A DNA stretch of 14,657 nucleotides, taken from NCBI GenBank assembly GCA_050010515.1, contig JBEKKX010000051.1, positions 1 through 14,657 of the forward strand, in the 5' to 3' direction. This DNA comes from Candidatus Bathyarchaeia archaeon (GTDB lineage: Archaea > Thermoproteota > Bathyarchaeia > Bathyarchaeales > Bathycorpusculaceae). Below, one piece after another: positions 14,542 through 14,657 of the stretch; the first letter of the stretch is position 1; every line of letters starts with the position of its first letter. The notes under the pieces were generated by a model that made no database searches, was not told the origin of the DNA, and saw only the letters and a program-made list of their open reading frames with translations. The translations under genes and the position numbers were made by a program.

Positions 14542-14657
14542 TAAAACTTGACGAGAATACTGCAACCGTTAGGTTGCAGATGAATCGGCAGTAGGTTCTT
14601 TTGCTAACTCGCTAAGTGTGTTTCCTAGACGGCAGGTTGCGTCTACCGTCTAGGAGG
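14542..14657 (+). mobile_element. Left end of an IS200-type element (same family as the right end at 1-119), running off the window
   Basis: Hairpin CTGCAACC-GTTA-GGTTGCAG (14560-14579) is near-identical to the right-end hairpin CCGCAACC-GTAA-GGTTGCGG, and ATA precedes the C in both. The window ends in AGGAGG (putative tnpA RBS). Exact cut site uncertain (14538-14553). Confidence 0.75.
14621..14657 (+). promoter_or_regulatory. Hairpin sequestering a putative tnpA Shine-Dalgarno sequence
   Basis: TCCTAGACGGCAG (14623-14635) pairs with CTACCGTCTAGGA (14643-14655) with one mismatch. The 3' arm overlaps AGGAGG. Confidence 0.6.

Overview
Archaeal-type DNA (TATA boxes, GGTGA/GGAGG ribosome-binding sites, four-subunit archaeal-style POR). 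A Bathyarchaeia-like host is my guess and cannot be verified here. About 11 kb (c. 119-11200) is an AT-rich integrated virus- or plasmid-like element. It carries: (1) a leftward module of RHH regulator, small ORF, Topo VI-A/Spo11-like 'Mini-A' protein and Zn-ribbon P-loop helicase; (2) a divergent double-wHTH regulator and cargo genes; (3) a long minus-strand operon of about 8 tiny basic ORFs (several absent from the supplied ORF track), a 139-aa ORF, an SSV1-B251-like ATPase and a short tyrosine recombinase; (4) a ParB-N/PadR pair facing a second RHH gene. A housekeeping pyruvate/2-oxoacid:ferredoxin oxidoreductase operon (gamma-delta-alpha-beta, 11461-14528) follows. Both window ends fall inside an IS200-type element. 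The tnpA C-terminus and right-end hairpin (1-119) truncate the helicase, and a matching left-end hairpin plus an RBS-occluding hairpin lie at about 14540-14657. All family assignments come from motifs read by eye, not from database searches.
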